Part shown: positions 1 through 14,477 of the stretch, piece after piece
Numbering within the stretch: position 1 is the first letter of the stretch
Layout: every line of letters starts with the position of its first letter
Origin: the human T2T-CHM13v2.0 reference genome, Homo sapiens
Reading direction: 5' to 3' (one strand)
DNA length: 64,000 bases
Assembly (NCBI RefSeq): GCF_009914755.1
Contig: NC_060936.1
Made by a program: the position numbers and the translations under genes
The notes under the pieces: model-generated
What the model was told of the DNA's origin: nothing
The model's input: only the letters and a program-made list of their open reading frames with translations
Databases searched by the model: none

Positions 1-510
1 CATATAAGAAATAAAATATAACTAACATCAATTTTAAATAATGGATTTTGATTAATGTGACACGATATACTTTAACAAGGGTAAGAAGTATATTTGGAGA
101 ATGCTTATATGTATTTGGAGAAACTATATAGATAAACCAATATCTCTGTCAATCTCAGAAGTCTTCTATTTAACAATCCATGTGAACAAAAAAGTCAGCA
201 ATATAATAAACTCAGTTTGTTTAATGAGAATGAGAGGAAAAAAGAACAAATAATTTAATTTAAATTATGACCTCCCTGAATAGAGCTAATGGCCTACAGA
301 ATGACATACCACAAACTGAAGAACTGTGAAGATTTCTCATACTCTTTCACAGCTGAACTTTTGATGACAGATGTTGCCTAATTATAAAACCTAATTTCAA
401 CCTAATTAGAACTTCAAAACTTCAGCCACAAAATTCCTATCAAAAAATCTTATTCTAAACTTATAAAATGATTATTTTAATTTCTGAGCTGCTCAAATAA
501 ACAAAGCCAG

Positions 511-1700
511 TGTAAGGACAAATACCAAATATAATTTTTATTTTTTTTTGAGATGGAGTCTCGCACTGTCGCCCAGGCCGCAGTGCAGTGTCACGATCTC
601 TGCTCACTGCAGCCTCTGACTCAGGGGTCCCAGAAATTCTCCTGCCTCAGTCTCCGAAGTAGCTGAGTTACAGGTGCCCACCACCACGCCCGGCTGGTTC
701 TTATCTTTATTTTTTTGTATTTTTAATAGAGACGGGGTTTCACCATGTTGGTCAGGCTGGTTTCAAACTCCTGACCTCGTGATCCACTTGCCTGGGCCTC
801 CCAAAGCGCTGGGATTACAGGTGTGAGCCACCACGCCTGGCCAACAAATACAAATTATAAATAGGGGCTTAATTCTGCCTGTTGAATATAAAGGAAGGAT
901 GTCCCTCCCCTCCATTTTCTCAGCACATTTACTTTACAGAATTTGTAATTGTAATGTAAGTACTTTCTCCTCTCTTTGAAATGTATACAAATACTTCTGA
1001 AAATTAGATAAGCCTGTTGTCAGCTTTATGACCTAGATAAGGCTTTCTCAAGGACCGGTGAGCCACTCTTTGAGTGTAAACAGCAAGGGAGAGAGCACTG
1101 TTATCTCCCAGTTTCTGTGAGAGGGTGGGAGCCTAACTTTCTTAGGCACCTTGCTCTAAGTGCAGAACCATCTCCTGTCACAAAGATATGAAAAGTTTGT
1201 TTTTTCCCCCTCCCCCACCTCGGATAAAGCCAATTAGCTAATACAGATAGTCACTCTAATTACCAGGTCAATCTAGGATAAACTATGTGTGACAAATGGT
1301 ACCCCGGAGTCTTCTTACTTGAGGACTAGTTATTGTTTACACCAAAAACATGTATGTGTCGGGATAGGAAGGAGGTGAGCCCTTTCCTCCCCATCATAAT
1401 GCTCATTGCCTACATCCCTGTAACAAAAGGCAAGTTTACAAGAGAATAGCAAAACAAATTTATTAACGTGCATAAGCATAGGAGTCATACCAAAAAAAGA
1501 AAAAGAAAAAAAGAAAGAAAACTCAAAGAGCCAGATGGCTGATACTTAAATAACCTCCTCACTGGGGAGAGGGAAATGGGGGAGGTTGTAAATGAATGGG
1601 CCTGGAAGACCAGACAGTGTTTTGTAAATGATTCCCTTTAGTTGCTGAATGGGACCAAAGGACAAACAATAGCCTGTGGACAAGTTATGAGAGGTGAAGA
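511..1700. mobile_element. ERV1-type LTR fragments (MER34/MER39-like), interrupted by an Alu
   Basis: Begins TGTAAGG and resembles recalled MER34-family consensus. The 1355-1700 part looks like a second related LTR piece. Subfamily and boundaries are approximate. Confidence 0.5.
535..842 (-). mobile_element. Alu (AluS-type)
   Basis: Poly-T followed by the reverse Alu dimer. Degenerate TSD ACAAATACCAAATATAA / ACAAATACAAATTATAA. Confidence 0.95.
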
Positions 1701-2737
1701 CCCGCCTGTGTAACAGCGAGACCATGTCTCAATTGAAAAAGAAAAACAACAACAACAACAAACAGAGGTAAGATGAAAACTGAAAAAAGATTTCTCAATT
1801 TTTTTAGTTAAAGATTTAAACATATTTGACTACAAAACTTGGCAATATTTACCTATACTTCAAATTTAAAGCTTTGTGTTTTTTCCTGGTGGGCAAATAT
1901 TTCACCTCCCCAGCATTTGGCAAATAAAGCCTTTTGGGAAACCAGCTAGCAAGATGCTGCACCACCATAACTGTCAGTATGATGGAAATCAGTGTATATC
2001 CAACATGGCCCTTTTGCACTTATTTAGTCTTTCATCCAGTCTTCACTGACTAAAAATCTGGACACATACGATGTTCGCTTTGTCTTCATGTTTTCAATAC
2101 AAAAATAGAGATATTAAAAATATGGCTTCAGGAATAAGAGTGGTTTAGGCCCTTGTACAAGTTGCAGCTTATCACATTTAAATCCATTCATTAAATACAT
2201 ATGTACTCAGTGTCTTCTAAGTACTTGTCATTCTTCAGGTTGCTAGGAACATGGTAGTGGTCATGACAGGTAAGTCCTTACCTTCAAGGGTAGTTATACC
2301 ATCATGTCAGAGAAAATAATGAATAGATAAAAATATACACATATAAGGTCAGGACTATGAAGAAAAACTAAGCCCACTAAAAGAACAGAGAAGGTATGTT
2401 CAGATTTGGACTCTTTCAGTCTTTAATCTTTTAGATCTTCATAATAGAATAACACCCAGAAATTAGGAAGTCTTTGGAGAAATTAGTGATCTTCTGATAG
2501 TATGAAAAACAAAACAAAAACCTAAAAGATATAAAGAAAAAACTACCAGAGATAGAAAAGAAGATATAAAAAGGAAGAGCCAAAGAATCTGCAATTCAGA
2601 TTGGAAGATGGAGAACTATGAGTGATAAAGTGAAATATTATCCTGGATTTAGATTATAATAATCTGGGCAGAACACTTAGTAGAACACAGCAGTTTAGAT
2701 TGACTTTTTAGTTGAGGGAGGGTAAGATTGAGGATGA

Positions 2738-3217
<480 letters not shown>

Positions 3218-3635
3218 CTATGGGCACATGTGCACATTCATGTATTATCTTAAAAACTGGCACCAAAATTTCTTTTAAGGAGTGTTTAGAAAGACTTAAT
3301 GGGGCATATAGATATGAAAAGGCAAGTTCCACAGCCACATCTGGAAAACAAAACAGAACACCACCACCAAAAAAAAAGAGGGATAGGGTTGAATATTTCT
3401 GCATAAAACAATAGAAGATTGGGGGCAGGAACAAGAGGTGGAAGAGTTAGAAAAATGGAGAAGAGTGCTTTTACTATGGGAAATATTCAAGGGATGTATT
3501 TTTAAAAGTAGGGATATCTAATAAATTGTAAAATGCTTACAATGCTACAATGTGAACCTCTTTTGATATCCCCTTCAAAATGTCTGCTCCACACACAGAG
3601 CATCACACATGTGGTTTATATGTAGCTGGCTGAAT

Positions 3636-3717
3636 TTCTTTCCTTTCTCTCTTTCTTTCTTTCTTTTTTTCTTTCTTTCTTCTTTCCTTCTTTCTTTCTT
3701 TCTTTCCTTTCTTTCTT
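3636..3717. repeat. (CTTT)n / CT-rich microsatellite
   Basis: Directly visible tetranucleotide polypyrimidine tract. Confidence 0.9.
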
Positions 3718-5173
3718 GGAAATCATAAAAAAGAACAGAGTTCCACATCCACTTCAAAGAAATATGGAATGAGGATAGTGAGAATAAATCATAAACTACA
3801 CTAAATTTTTGGAGATATCAGCTCAAACTTTAAACTTGGAATATGCATTAAACATTCTTCTGCAGGTTGTGAAATGGGAGTCGAGCTGATTTTCTCTAGA
3901 TCTCAAGAGGCAGGCTTGAGTGTCATATGTATAGTGTATAGTGTATTTAAGTATAAGATGTAAAATTTTTCCTCAACCCATACTTCTCCCTTAACTGGCC
4001 ACCAAATTGTACTGACTCTACCTATCAAAGAATTTTTATTCTTCTAATTAGCTTCATAGCCAGAGTCATTTGCTTATTCAGGTTGCCATAATCTCTCTCC
4101 TAGATTAATATAATTCAATCCTATCCTGCCCTTGTGTATCTAGTCTTCAATTCCTTCCCCACATTGTAACCAGACAGATCTTTCAAAATCACAAATCTGA
4201 TCATGCCACCTTCCCCCATTCCATCCACATCTTCTCTTCCAGTGACTCCCCAATACATGTTAGATAACTCTTTAACATGGGCTGCTTTTAATAAGCTCTG
4301 ACTCATCTCTTGCCAACCTCCACCTTGAACTCTCCTCCAACCAGACTGAACTACTTCCAGTTCTCCAAATAAGTCATGTGCTCTCTTCCTTTTTGTTCTT
4401 AGAACAAGCTGTCTTCTCCACCTGGAAGCTTTTCCCCACCCTAACCTATTCCCTTATCCCAGCCTTGCTAACTCCTAGTCAAGGGTAGATGGCATTTTCT
4501 CTAGGAAGCCTCCTTTGATTCCACAAAACTAGGCCATCACCCCTCCTATCTGGCCCACATTGCCCCTCCTATCTGGCCCTCTTATCTATCTGTGTCTCCT
4601 ATTAGACTGCCAGCTCCAAAAAAGCAGGGAATGAGTCTAACTTACTGTTCCATCTACAGATCTTAGGATAGAAACATATATTACCTGAATGATCACTGTG
4701 GATAGTGCTGTATTTTACTCACGATATAAAGTGTAAATATGATTTAAAATTTAAGAGCACTACACAAACTGTAACATTATCTATGCTCCACCCATTCTAG
4801 GGAATCCTTGTGACACACCACATGCCGGGAATTTCCCAAAGTGGGAAAATCACAAGGAAGATAGGCTATCCATCAAAAAAATGACAGCTCCAGAGGCCCA
4901 TACCCCTTCACATGGAGGAAACTGTCCATCCTCGGAGGATAAACCTACTTTGGGTAATATTGAGATAGCCACTCACCCAATGACACAGCTTTGAAGAACT
5001 TTTCAAAGTACGAAGATACAACTTCATCTGGAGACAACCCATGTTGTGGAATGGGAAGGGGGGTGTTACAGAAAATAAATGATATGCTTGGATTCAGACT
5101 TGAGATTTGGGGCTGGGAAGCAGAAGCTCCTGGCAAAACATCAACCATTAGCCCACACAAATGACCCTGTTCA

Positions 5174-5425
<252 letters not shown>

Positions 5426-5452
5426 TCAGAAGTGAACATCTCCAGAGTTCTA

Positions 5453-5596
<144 letters not shown>

Positions 5597-6436
5597 TCAA
5601 ATAGAATAATTTTTAGATGAATTAACTAAAAAACATGTTCATCTCAAGAAGGATAGCTAACTCTCTTATGTATGTGGCAATGAGTGAAGGTTATGGGAAA
5701 CTGTAGGGAAAACACAAAAACATAGCTTGCTGAAATGTCCACTAAAAGTTAGATTTGAATGCAGAAAAAAATAATCTTACACTGACATTAAAAGTGGATA
5801 TATTTACGATGTACATTATTAATTCAACATAGACTTTTAAGACAATGTGAATTATCTTTAAAAGTGTTGAGGTTGCAAGAAGGCACCCATAGATACAAAT
5901 TTATTATCTTTTATTGTCATAGAAAGCTTTAAATTCACTAAACAAATAAAATAATTTAAAATACACATTTTATCAGTAATATACAAAGAACATCAAGTAG
6001 AATTATTTATTACTGGAAATCTATAAGACTGAAATAATAGATTTAAAAATTATTTTCCTTGTCACTTACTGCACCTATCAATAATCTGTTAAATCATTAA
6101 GATAAAATTAAATAAAGCAGCTTATAAAACATTAGTTTTCAGTTTACAAAACTCTAGTAGTAATATAACTCTAAAAAATTCACTGCTGTTACTTTTTAAA
6201 AAATATTTAAATTCGCTTTAAAGATAACTTTTAATTAGAATGTTTTTCCTACAGATTCATATTTCCTATATTTTTATAACAGATTAATAGCTATTATTTT
6301 AAAATGTTTGTTCTAAATTCACGTATTTTTATTTAAATGACACAAACCTATATAATCTCATTACTGTCATTTCTATTCAAAAAGAGAATACGTTTTTATA
6401 ATCATAGGATTAAAAATTTTAATAAAATCACAATTA

Positions 6437-6532
<96 letters not shown>

Positions 6533-6789
6533 TCAGTAATTTTTCAAGATACCTATAACTTGATGGAAATTGTAAATGTACAAAAAAAGTTATGTTAATA
6601 TTTTGAAACCACACAGATTGGATAACAATAAAGGTAAAAAAAAACTCTTTTTTTCAGATTGCTAATTGTAGCAGACACAAAAGAAATAACTCTGAGATAT
6701 AGTATATAATACGTGAATGACTTTTATATTAGAATCTATAGCATCAAAGTGCTATAAAAGTAAATACTGAATAGAGATACAACATTTGC

Positions 6790-7550
<761 letters not shown>

Positions 7551-8879
7551 AATAACTAAAGAGTGGGGAAGAGTGCTGAATGAAGTTCGAACTTTGTCAC
7601 AGATCAATAGGTTATTTAATCTTTATGGCCTTCAGACAGTACTGAATGATCTCATAAAGGCTGCCAGCCCTAAAATTCTATTTAACAATATAAAGCAAAA
7701 CCAAAACACCCTACTGCCAATAATCTCCTTTATATTAAGAGATCTGAAGACTAAATGATATATTTCTCCTTTGCTTCACAAATAATTTAATAATATTCCT
7801 TCCATAAAACTGCAGGTATAATGAAATGGCAGTGATGTAATTAGTAAGTAAGTGTGTGGGTCACTGGGATCTTGAAAGCTACACCTCTATAAAATCTAGG
7901 TATCTACAAAAAGGAAGCAGGGAACAGGAAACGTGAGCCTGCAAACCAAATGAGAGTTTGTAAGCACAGAGTAGAGCCATGGGAGTGTAACCATCTCAAT
8001 TCAGTTTAATCTGCTGGGATTAATGTGTTTATTGAATGCCCACTATGTGCCTGAAACAATTCTAAATGCTGAGACAATAACAGCAACAGTACAGCTACCA
8101 CTTATTGAGAATTTCCCAGATACTAGTCATTGTTAAAATCACTTTAATGTGTATTGGTTTATTTAATACTTATAATAACTCTGAGGTGTTATTATTCCCA
8201 TTTTTCAAATAAATTTTACAGAAACATAGACAGATGAGTAAATTGTCCAGGGCCATATGATCAGTAAATGGCAGAGCTAGAAAAAACTTTGCTCTTAACC
8301 ATTACATTATATTGCTTTTCAATAGTAAACAGAACTCACTTTAACAGTGACAAATGGAAGTAATAGCTTCAAGGGCCCTATAGTCTTCTTGAAAAGGTAA
8401 AAGTAAATATGTATTTACATTATAAAATGCAAAGTGCCATGTTGGGTTTTAGATGCCCAATTGCTTTTAGGAACCCAAGTTCTTTACCAATACATAAAGA
8501 AGAATCAGAAAGACTGAAGATTAAAGTATGAATTTAGTATTGATAAAGCTACTAGAAACCATGGCTTAGGTATGCAGCAACCACAAGCTACTCCTTACCA
8601 CTATAATTAAACAGACTAAGCCACTCATTTCCACTGGGGAGGGACCCTCTAAAACAATGCACAGGGCAGAATGTGCTGCTGCCTCCCAAACAAAGGGGAG
8701 AGGAAGGGCTGTACTACTCACGCCAATTCCTGCCTCTAAATTTATGTAGCAGAACTCTCTCCTCCTCTGGGAAAAATAAATGGGGCATAAGAGGAGTGAA
8801 AGCTAAAAATTCAATAATTCTAATCGATACCCCCACAGGATTTTTCATGGACCTAGATTAGCTTTAAACAAGCTGTAGG

Positions 8880-10225
8880 TATTTACTCTAATACAACGCA
8901 ATACTAATTAAGATAGGATAATACTGACACAGGGAACAGATGATACTGAAGAAAAAGCCTAGAAACCAACCATGCATTTGGCATGCATATAAATATGTCA
9001 TGTCATAACCATGCATATAACAACTTGACATATGACATATGTGGCATTACAAGTCAGAGGGAAAATGATTTAGTGGTAGGCAGAGATTATTTTTAAGGAA
9101 TATACAAAGGACATTAACAATACAGGGAAAGAGGAAAACTGGCCTATGTTAAAACTCCTACTTCTAATTTTAGTTTTTGAGACAGATATAATCAAGAGAA
9201 TGAAAAGGTAACTACAGAGTAGGAAAAGATATGTGCGACAAATATAGTTAAAAAAGGATTCATTTCTAAAACATGTAAATAAGATCCACAAATAAATATT
9301 AAGAAGACAGACAACTCAACAGGCTTGAATGGAAATTTTGTATGAAGATATCAAAATGGCCTATATACATATGGAAAAGTACTCAACTACATTAGTCTCC
9401 AGTGAAATGCAAATTAAAATCACTAATACACATCCATAAGAAGAACTCAAATAAAAAAAGGCAGACAATACCAAGCTCTGGCAAAGATATGGTGCAACAA
9501 GAACACTCATACTGCTACTGGTGGGAGTGTAAATTTCAGCAACCAGTTGGGAAAGCTATTTGGCTGCATCTTTCAAAGCTGAACATATGGATACTAAGTG
9601 GTCCAACAATTCTACTTCTAAGTATATACTCAGCAGAAATGAGTACATATGTTTACCAAAAGGCATGAACAAGGAAGTTCATAGCAGCACTATTCACAAA
9701 GAGCCAAATATCTATCAACCTCTGAATAGATAGGTTGTGGCATGTGGTATAATGAAATACTATACAACAATGAGAATAAAAAAAGACAACTACAAATAAC
9801 ACCATGGATAAAACTCACAAACCTAATGTTGGGTAAAAGAAGACAAACACATTTCACTATGTATATCAAAATATCATGTTGTACATCTTATATACAATTA
9901 AATTAACAAATAAGTGCCATTAGAGAGAAAAAACAAGCTGGACACAGAGTCTAGATTTCTTGTAATTTCATTTACATAAATTTCATAACCAGGCAGTTCT
10001 AATCTATGATATTAAGATAGAGAGGTTAACCTGGTATAGCAGGGGAAATGAATAGTAACTGGGAGGCAGCATAAGGGGAGGTTCGGGGTACTGGCAATTG
10101 TCTGTTTCTTGATCTGAGCATTTGGTACATGAGTGTTGTTCTGTTTTTGATAATTCCTATGTTGTGCACCTAAAATTTATTCACTGTGAATGTACGTTTT
10201 ATTTCAATGAAAGTTGACTTTTAAA
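8880..10225 (+). mobile_element. Old L1M (MC/ME-type) 3' fragment
   Basis: Degenerate ORF2 C-terminal sequence (GAAATGCAAATTAAAA, GGTGGGAGTGTAAA) followed by 3' UTR-like sequence. Confidence 0.7.
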
Positions 10226-10241
10226 AAGGACAGTTTAGATG

Positions 10242-10721
10242 TGTGGTACATAAATGACGACCTCCTCTGGCCCAACATGTCTACATCCTAATCCTTGGAA
10301 CATGGGAATACATTATATGGTAGAAGGGACATGGCATATGTGATAAATTAAGAACATTAAAATGGAGAGATTATTGGGATTATCTGGGTAGATTCAACGC
10401 ACTCACACATGTCCTTATTGGAGGAACATAGAGAGAAATGTATCTATAGAAAAAGAGTGCCAGAGTGATGCAGCATAAGACCAGCTATTGAAGACTTTGA
10501 AGATGGAGGAAGGGGCCATGAGCCAAGGAATGAAGGCAGCTTCTAGAAGCTGCAAAAGGCAAGAAAATAGCTTCACCCCCACTAAAACCTCTAGAAGGAA
10601 TGTAGCCCTATCAATCCCTTGATTTTAGGCATCTGAACTCCAGAACAATTAAACAATAAATCTGTGTTTTAGAATACTAAGCTCATGGTAATTGTTACAG
10701 CAGCAATAGGAAACTAACACA
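10242..10721 (+). mobile_element. MLT1 (C/D-like) solo LTR
   Basis: TGTGGTA start, internal GAAGATGGAGGAAGGGGCCATGAGCCAAGGAATG, end CAGCAATAGGAAACTAACACA. Confidence 0.8.
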
Positions 10722-11355
10722 TAATGCTTCCAAATATTTAAATGGATAAAAGCAATGGCTTTCAGAAAATAAGAATGGGACAAAACGATTAAAAAAAGAT
10801 AAGAAAGTACTAAGAATTACAGTAGTCTGAAAATATAAAAAAGCTACTGTGGGTACTGGTAGATTTTTTTATGTCTACTAAAGCCGAGGTTAGATGTCAG
10901 TGAAACTGTTGAAGAATTTAAGTGGACAGCATCAGAGGATTGTAAAAGATCATACCAATTCTAAGGTTGAAAAAGCTACAACGTAAAATGCAAAACAAAT
11001 CTTATAGTCAACACCAAGTTTTAATATGCCAATGAGATTTAGCCAGTATATATAGCACACGTAAAATTTCTCAGTAACTATATGATACATTTTCACATCC
11101 ATTATCTCCAAAGGTTGTGGCTTTTTTTCCCCTAAATTACAAATAAAAAATCTGGAGGGCAAAGAGAGTAAAATAAGGTATTGCCCCTAATATCATGAAG
11201 TAGCAGAACTGGGAGCTGAACTCAAAAAATTCCACTTTTCTTTATATAGAAAAAAGTGAAACAAACACAAAAGCTCCAGCTAGACACAGAAGTACATTTT
11301 AAAAATACTTTTAGAACATAGTGCATCCTCATTTTATGTAATTAAAATCTTCTTA

Positions 11356-11514
<159 letters not shown>

Positions 11515-11964
11515 TCATGCATTACTTTAAAATTCACATATTTATAAGCAGTTCTAAAAGCTCATATACCAAATGCAAATTTACAACACTGTCAGAATAT
11601 TTTTATTAAATAAATTTATTAAAAAATATTTTCCATAAGAAAGTAAATATTCCTATCTCTTTTTCCAGAAGTATTATCCAAAACGGAACTGAAATTTCGG
11701 AGGGAGCTAAGAGCTCCATGTTTTTATTTTACTATTCTTTAAACAAGCAGACACAGTGCTGGTTTCTGATCATGTGGGAGGTGTGTAGGAGAGAACACAG
11801 GTAAAGTAAAATAAAAATATAAAGCCATAAATGCCACAACAGAAATTCAATGAACAAACATAGAAGAGAATACCTTAATTCCTAGAAGACATAGAGAAGA
11901 GTTTATGAAAGGCATCCTAGAAGAGGAGATATTTGCACTGATTCTTAAAAGGTGAGAGTACAAG

Positions 11965-13543
11965 ACTTCCTCTCCAGGAGTCGGCGGAGGGAGGGCAGAC
12001 TCAAAGTGCTCCTGGACGCAGAGGCTCTTGTCAGAGGGCACAGACCGGTTGGAACAAAGTAAGGATCTGAGCGACCCCAACTTTGCAGCCGAGGCCTCCA
12101 GCTCCGAGGTGCATAGCAACCCTAGGGTTCCGGTAGGCGTTCCTCCGTCCGCGACCCTGGCAGAGCCGCAGAGCCCTCCTCCAGACCCGACCACTGCCCT
12201 AGGCCCTGAGCGACCGGAAGGCTCAGCAGCAGGCCGCGGAGAAGGGCGGCGCCCACCAGGCCCCTAGCACTGCCCAGTCTGGCCCGGCACAGCTGCTGCA
12301 GAAGGCGCACGACGAGCTCGTGTGGTACATGCGGGTCAAGGACCAGAAGAAGATGATCATCTGGTTTCCAGACATGGTGAAGGATGTCGTCGGCAGCTAC
12401 AATTAGTGATGGAGGGGCATATTCAGGCTCACCAGCCTCATCCTCGCCCAGGTGTTCGGGATGCACCGCAGAGGCTGACCAGGCTGCACCTGAGGCTGTC
12501 CAACCTCCACACCATGAAGTCTGCGCTGGTGAAAGCGCTGGAGCCCGAGGAGCATGGACAGGGTGGCTCTGAGCAACAGCAGGGTCCTGACAGGCCTCCT
12601 GCTCATGATCCTGAGCCTCATTCTACTTGAAGGGCCGCGGCGCCAGAGACAGCGCCGTCTAGAACGTGCTGCGCGTCCTGGGGCTGCGGCCCTGGAAGAA
12701 GCACTCCACCTTCCACATTCGGGAACGTGCGGAAGCTCATCACCGAGGAGTTCGTCCAGCAGAATTACCTGAAGTACCGGCCCGGCCCCTACGTGGAGCA
12801 GCTGGTGTTCCCGGGCCAGCCGCGAAATTACGAACATGCAAATCATGGAGTTCCTGGCCAGGCAGGCCTTCCGGATACTGGGAAGCTATGGAGGAGGCCA
12901 GAGCTCTGCGGGAGGCTAATCCCACTGCCTACTGCTCCTGTAACAGTGTCTCTGAGGACTAGCAAGGTCTGGAGGCCGGTGAATGGTTTCTGACCCTCAC
13001 CAGGCCTGTGGAAGGGTGGGGGTGGGTCACTAGAGTATTCAGGATTTACAGTGCAGTATTCACGTGTAACTTTACAGTACAGTGCTTTTATAACTTTTAA
13101 TGCAATGTTGTCATTTGGGTACTACTGTGTAGTGTTTAGGACATACGCATGTTTGTTTATAAGTAAGTTTGGTTGGCGCTTTCGCTTTCGTGCTACCTTT
13201 CTTGGATTTTTGTCCCAGAGACGTGCTAAACTGATGAAATATATTGAGAAAGTTTCCATCTTATTCTTTCGTATGGGACTGATGATGTGTATTGGGGTAG
13301 GCTGCTCCTGGAAAGTTTGGAAGAACTCACCAGCAAAGCTGGCCTAACCAAGAGAAAAGTCAAGGCCCCTCTCTTCATGACCTTGCTGGGCACAGAAAAC
13401 ATCCTCGCAGAGTGAACTGATTTGAACGGAACTGGCCTCAATGTGGGCACTTGGCACACTTTACTAAACACATTTTCAACCCCACCAGGAGTCAATGTTA
13501 AAGTAAACATGAAAGATTCTTGTGATATAATCCAAAAAAAAAA
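11965..13543 (+). pseudogene. Necdin (NDN, MAGE family) processed pseudogene, antisense within a CAPS2 intron
   Basis: Fragments in shifting frames match recalled necdin: EQSKDLSDPNFAAEA, KDQKKMIIWFPDMVKDVVGSY, GLRPWKKHSTF, RKLITEEFVQ, EARALREANPTA..SVSED* (TAG 12960-62). The start codon is replaced by CGG (12046), there are in-frame TAG TGA (12404-12409) and frameshifts. 5' UTR, 3' UTR, poly(A) (13534-13543) and a degenerate TSD ending TACAAG on both sides are present. Confidence 0.93.
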
Positions 13544-14064
13544 TTGACTACAAGTTAGCACTCAGAGGAGAAGGAGTAAGGGTACCACAAGCAGAGGAAC
13601 AATATGTGTACGGCCACAGGAGTAGACAGCACAGTGAGGACACACCTGAGGACTGAACACATTGTAATGGAGGAGAGTACAGACTCTGCAACTAGACTGC
13701 CTGGATTCAATCCTTGCCTGCCGCGATAATTAGCTGTGTAGCCCTATCTGGTCATTTGGCTCTGGGCCAAAGTTTTCTCATTAATAAAAGAAAGAATATT
13801 GGTGTCTCCCACACAGAAAGGCTGTGAAGATTAAATAAATTAGTTAACATATACATATTGTTTAGGAGAGTACCTATAATCTACTAAGTATTATAGAAGC
13901 ACTCAATAGTTGAGGCTTTGCCTCCGAATTCCCCTTTTACTGCATATTTTACTGAATAGGAATAAATATAGAGGCATGATAACCCATCAGGTGGCATTGC
14001 AATGGGCTAGAAAAGTGATAGTAAGGGTCTGCACTAAGGTGGCAGTAAACACACAGTTTGATCA

Positions 14065-14320
14065 AGGAAAAAAGATCCAGTGTTCCATAGATCAGTAGGG
14101 TGACTATAGTTACAATAATATATAGTACATTTTAAAGTAGCTAGGAGATAATAATTCAAATGTTTCTAACATACAGAAAAGACAAATATTTAAGGTTATG
14201 GATATTCCAAGTACACTGACTTGATCTTTACAAATTATATTGTTAAATTATCTCATGTACCCCAAAGCTATAAAATACATAAATACAAGAGAACACAAAC
14301 AAAATATAATAATAAGTAAA
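14065..14320 (+). mobile_element. L1MA 3' end fragment
   Basis: GTAGGGTGACTATAGTTACAATAAT...ACTTGATCTTTACA followed by an A-rich tail. Confidence 0.7.
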
Positions 14321-14477
14321 TAAATAGACAAAGTAGAAAGAACAAATTCAAGAAACACCAACAGAACTAGAAAACTAACTGGATTTGAGGTCACCAAGTA
14401 GAAAGATCTATAGTAACTGAACAATGTGAAATGAGATTCAATTAATAATATAAGGAACATAGGTGTCATTGTGTTTT

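Noticed and set aside
310-377. Possible minus-strand 68-nt exon (ATTAG acceptor, GTG|GTATGT donor)
   Set aside because: It has a stop in the incoming frame, a poor polypyrimidine tract, and does not match the expected next CAPS2 peptide. Chance splice-like sites are common.
4540-4579. 17-bp direct repeat CCCCTCCTATCTGGCCC x2 (similar micro-duplications at ~16875-16927, ~34385-34485, ~38840-38882 and ~53284-53320)
   Set aside because: Ordinary slippage duplications, with no spacer/repeat regularity and nothing CRISPR-like.
11847-12993. Cluster of long overlapping ORFs on both strands (up to 147 aa)
   Set aside because: Explained by the GC-rich NDN pseudogene. The plus-strand pieces are frameshifted necdin fragments and the minus-strand ones are shadow ORFs.
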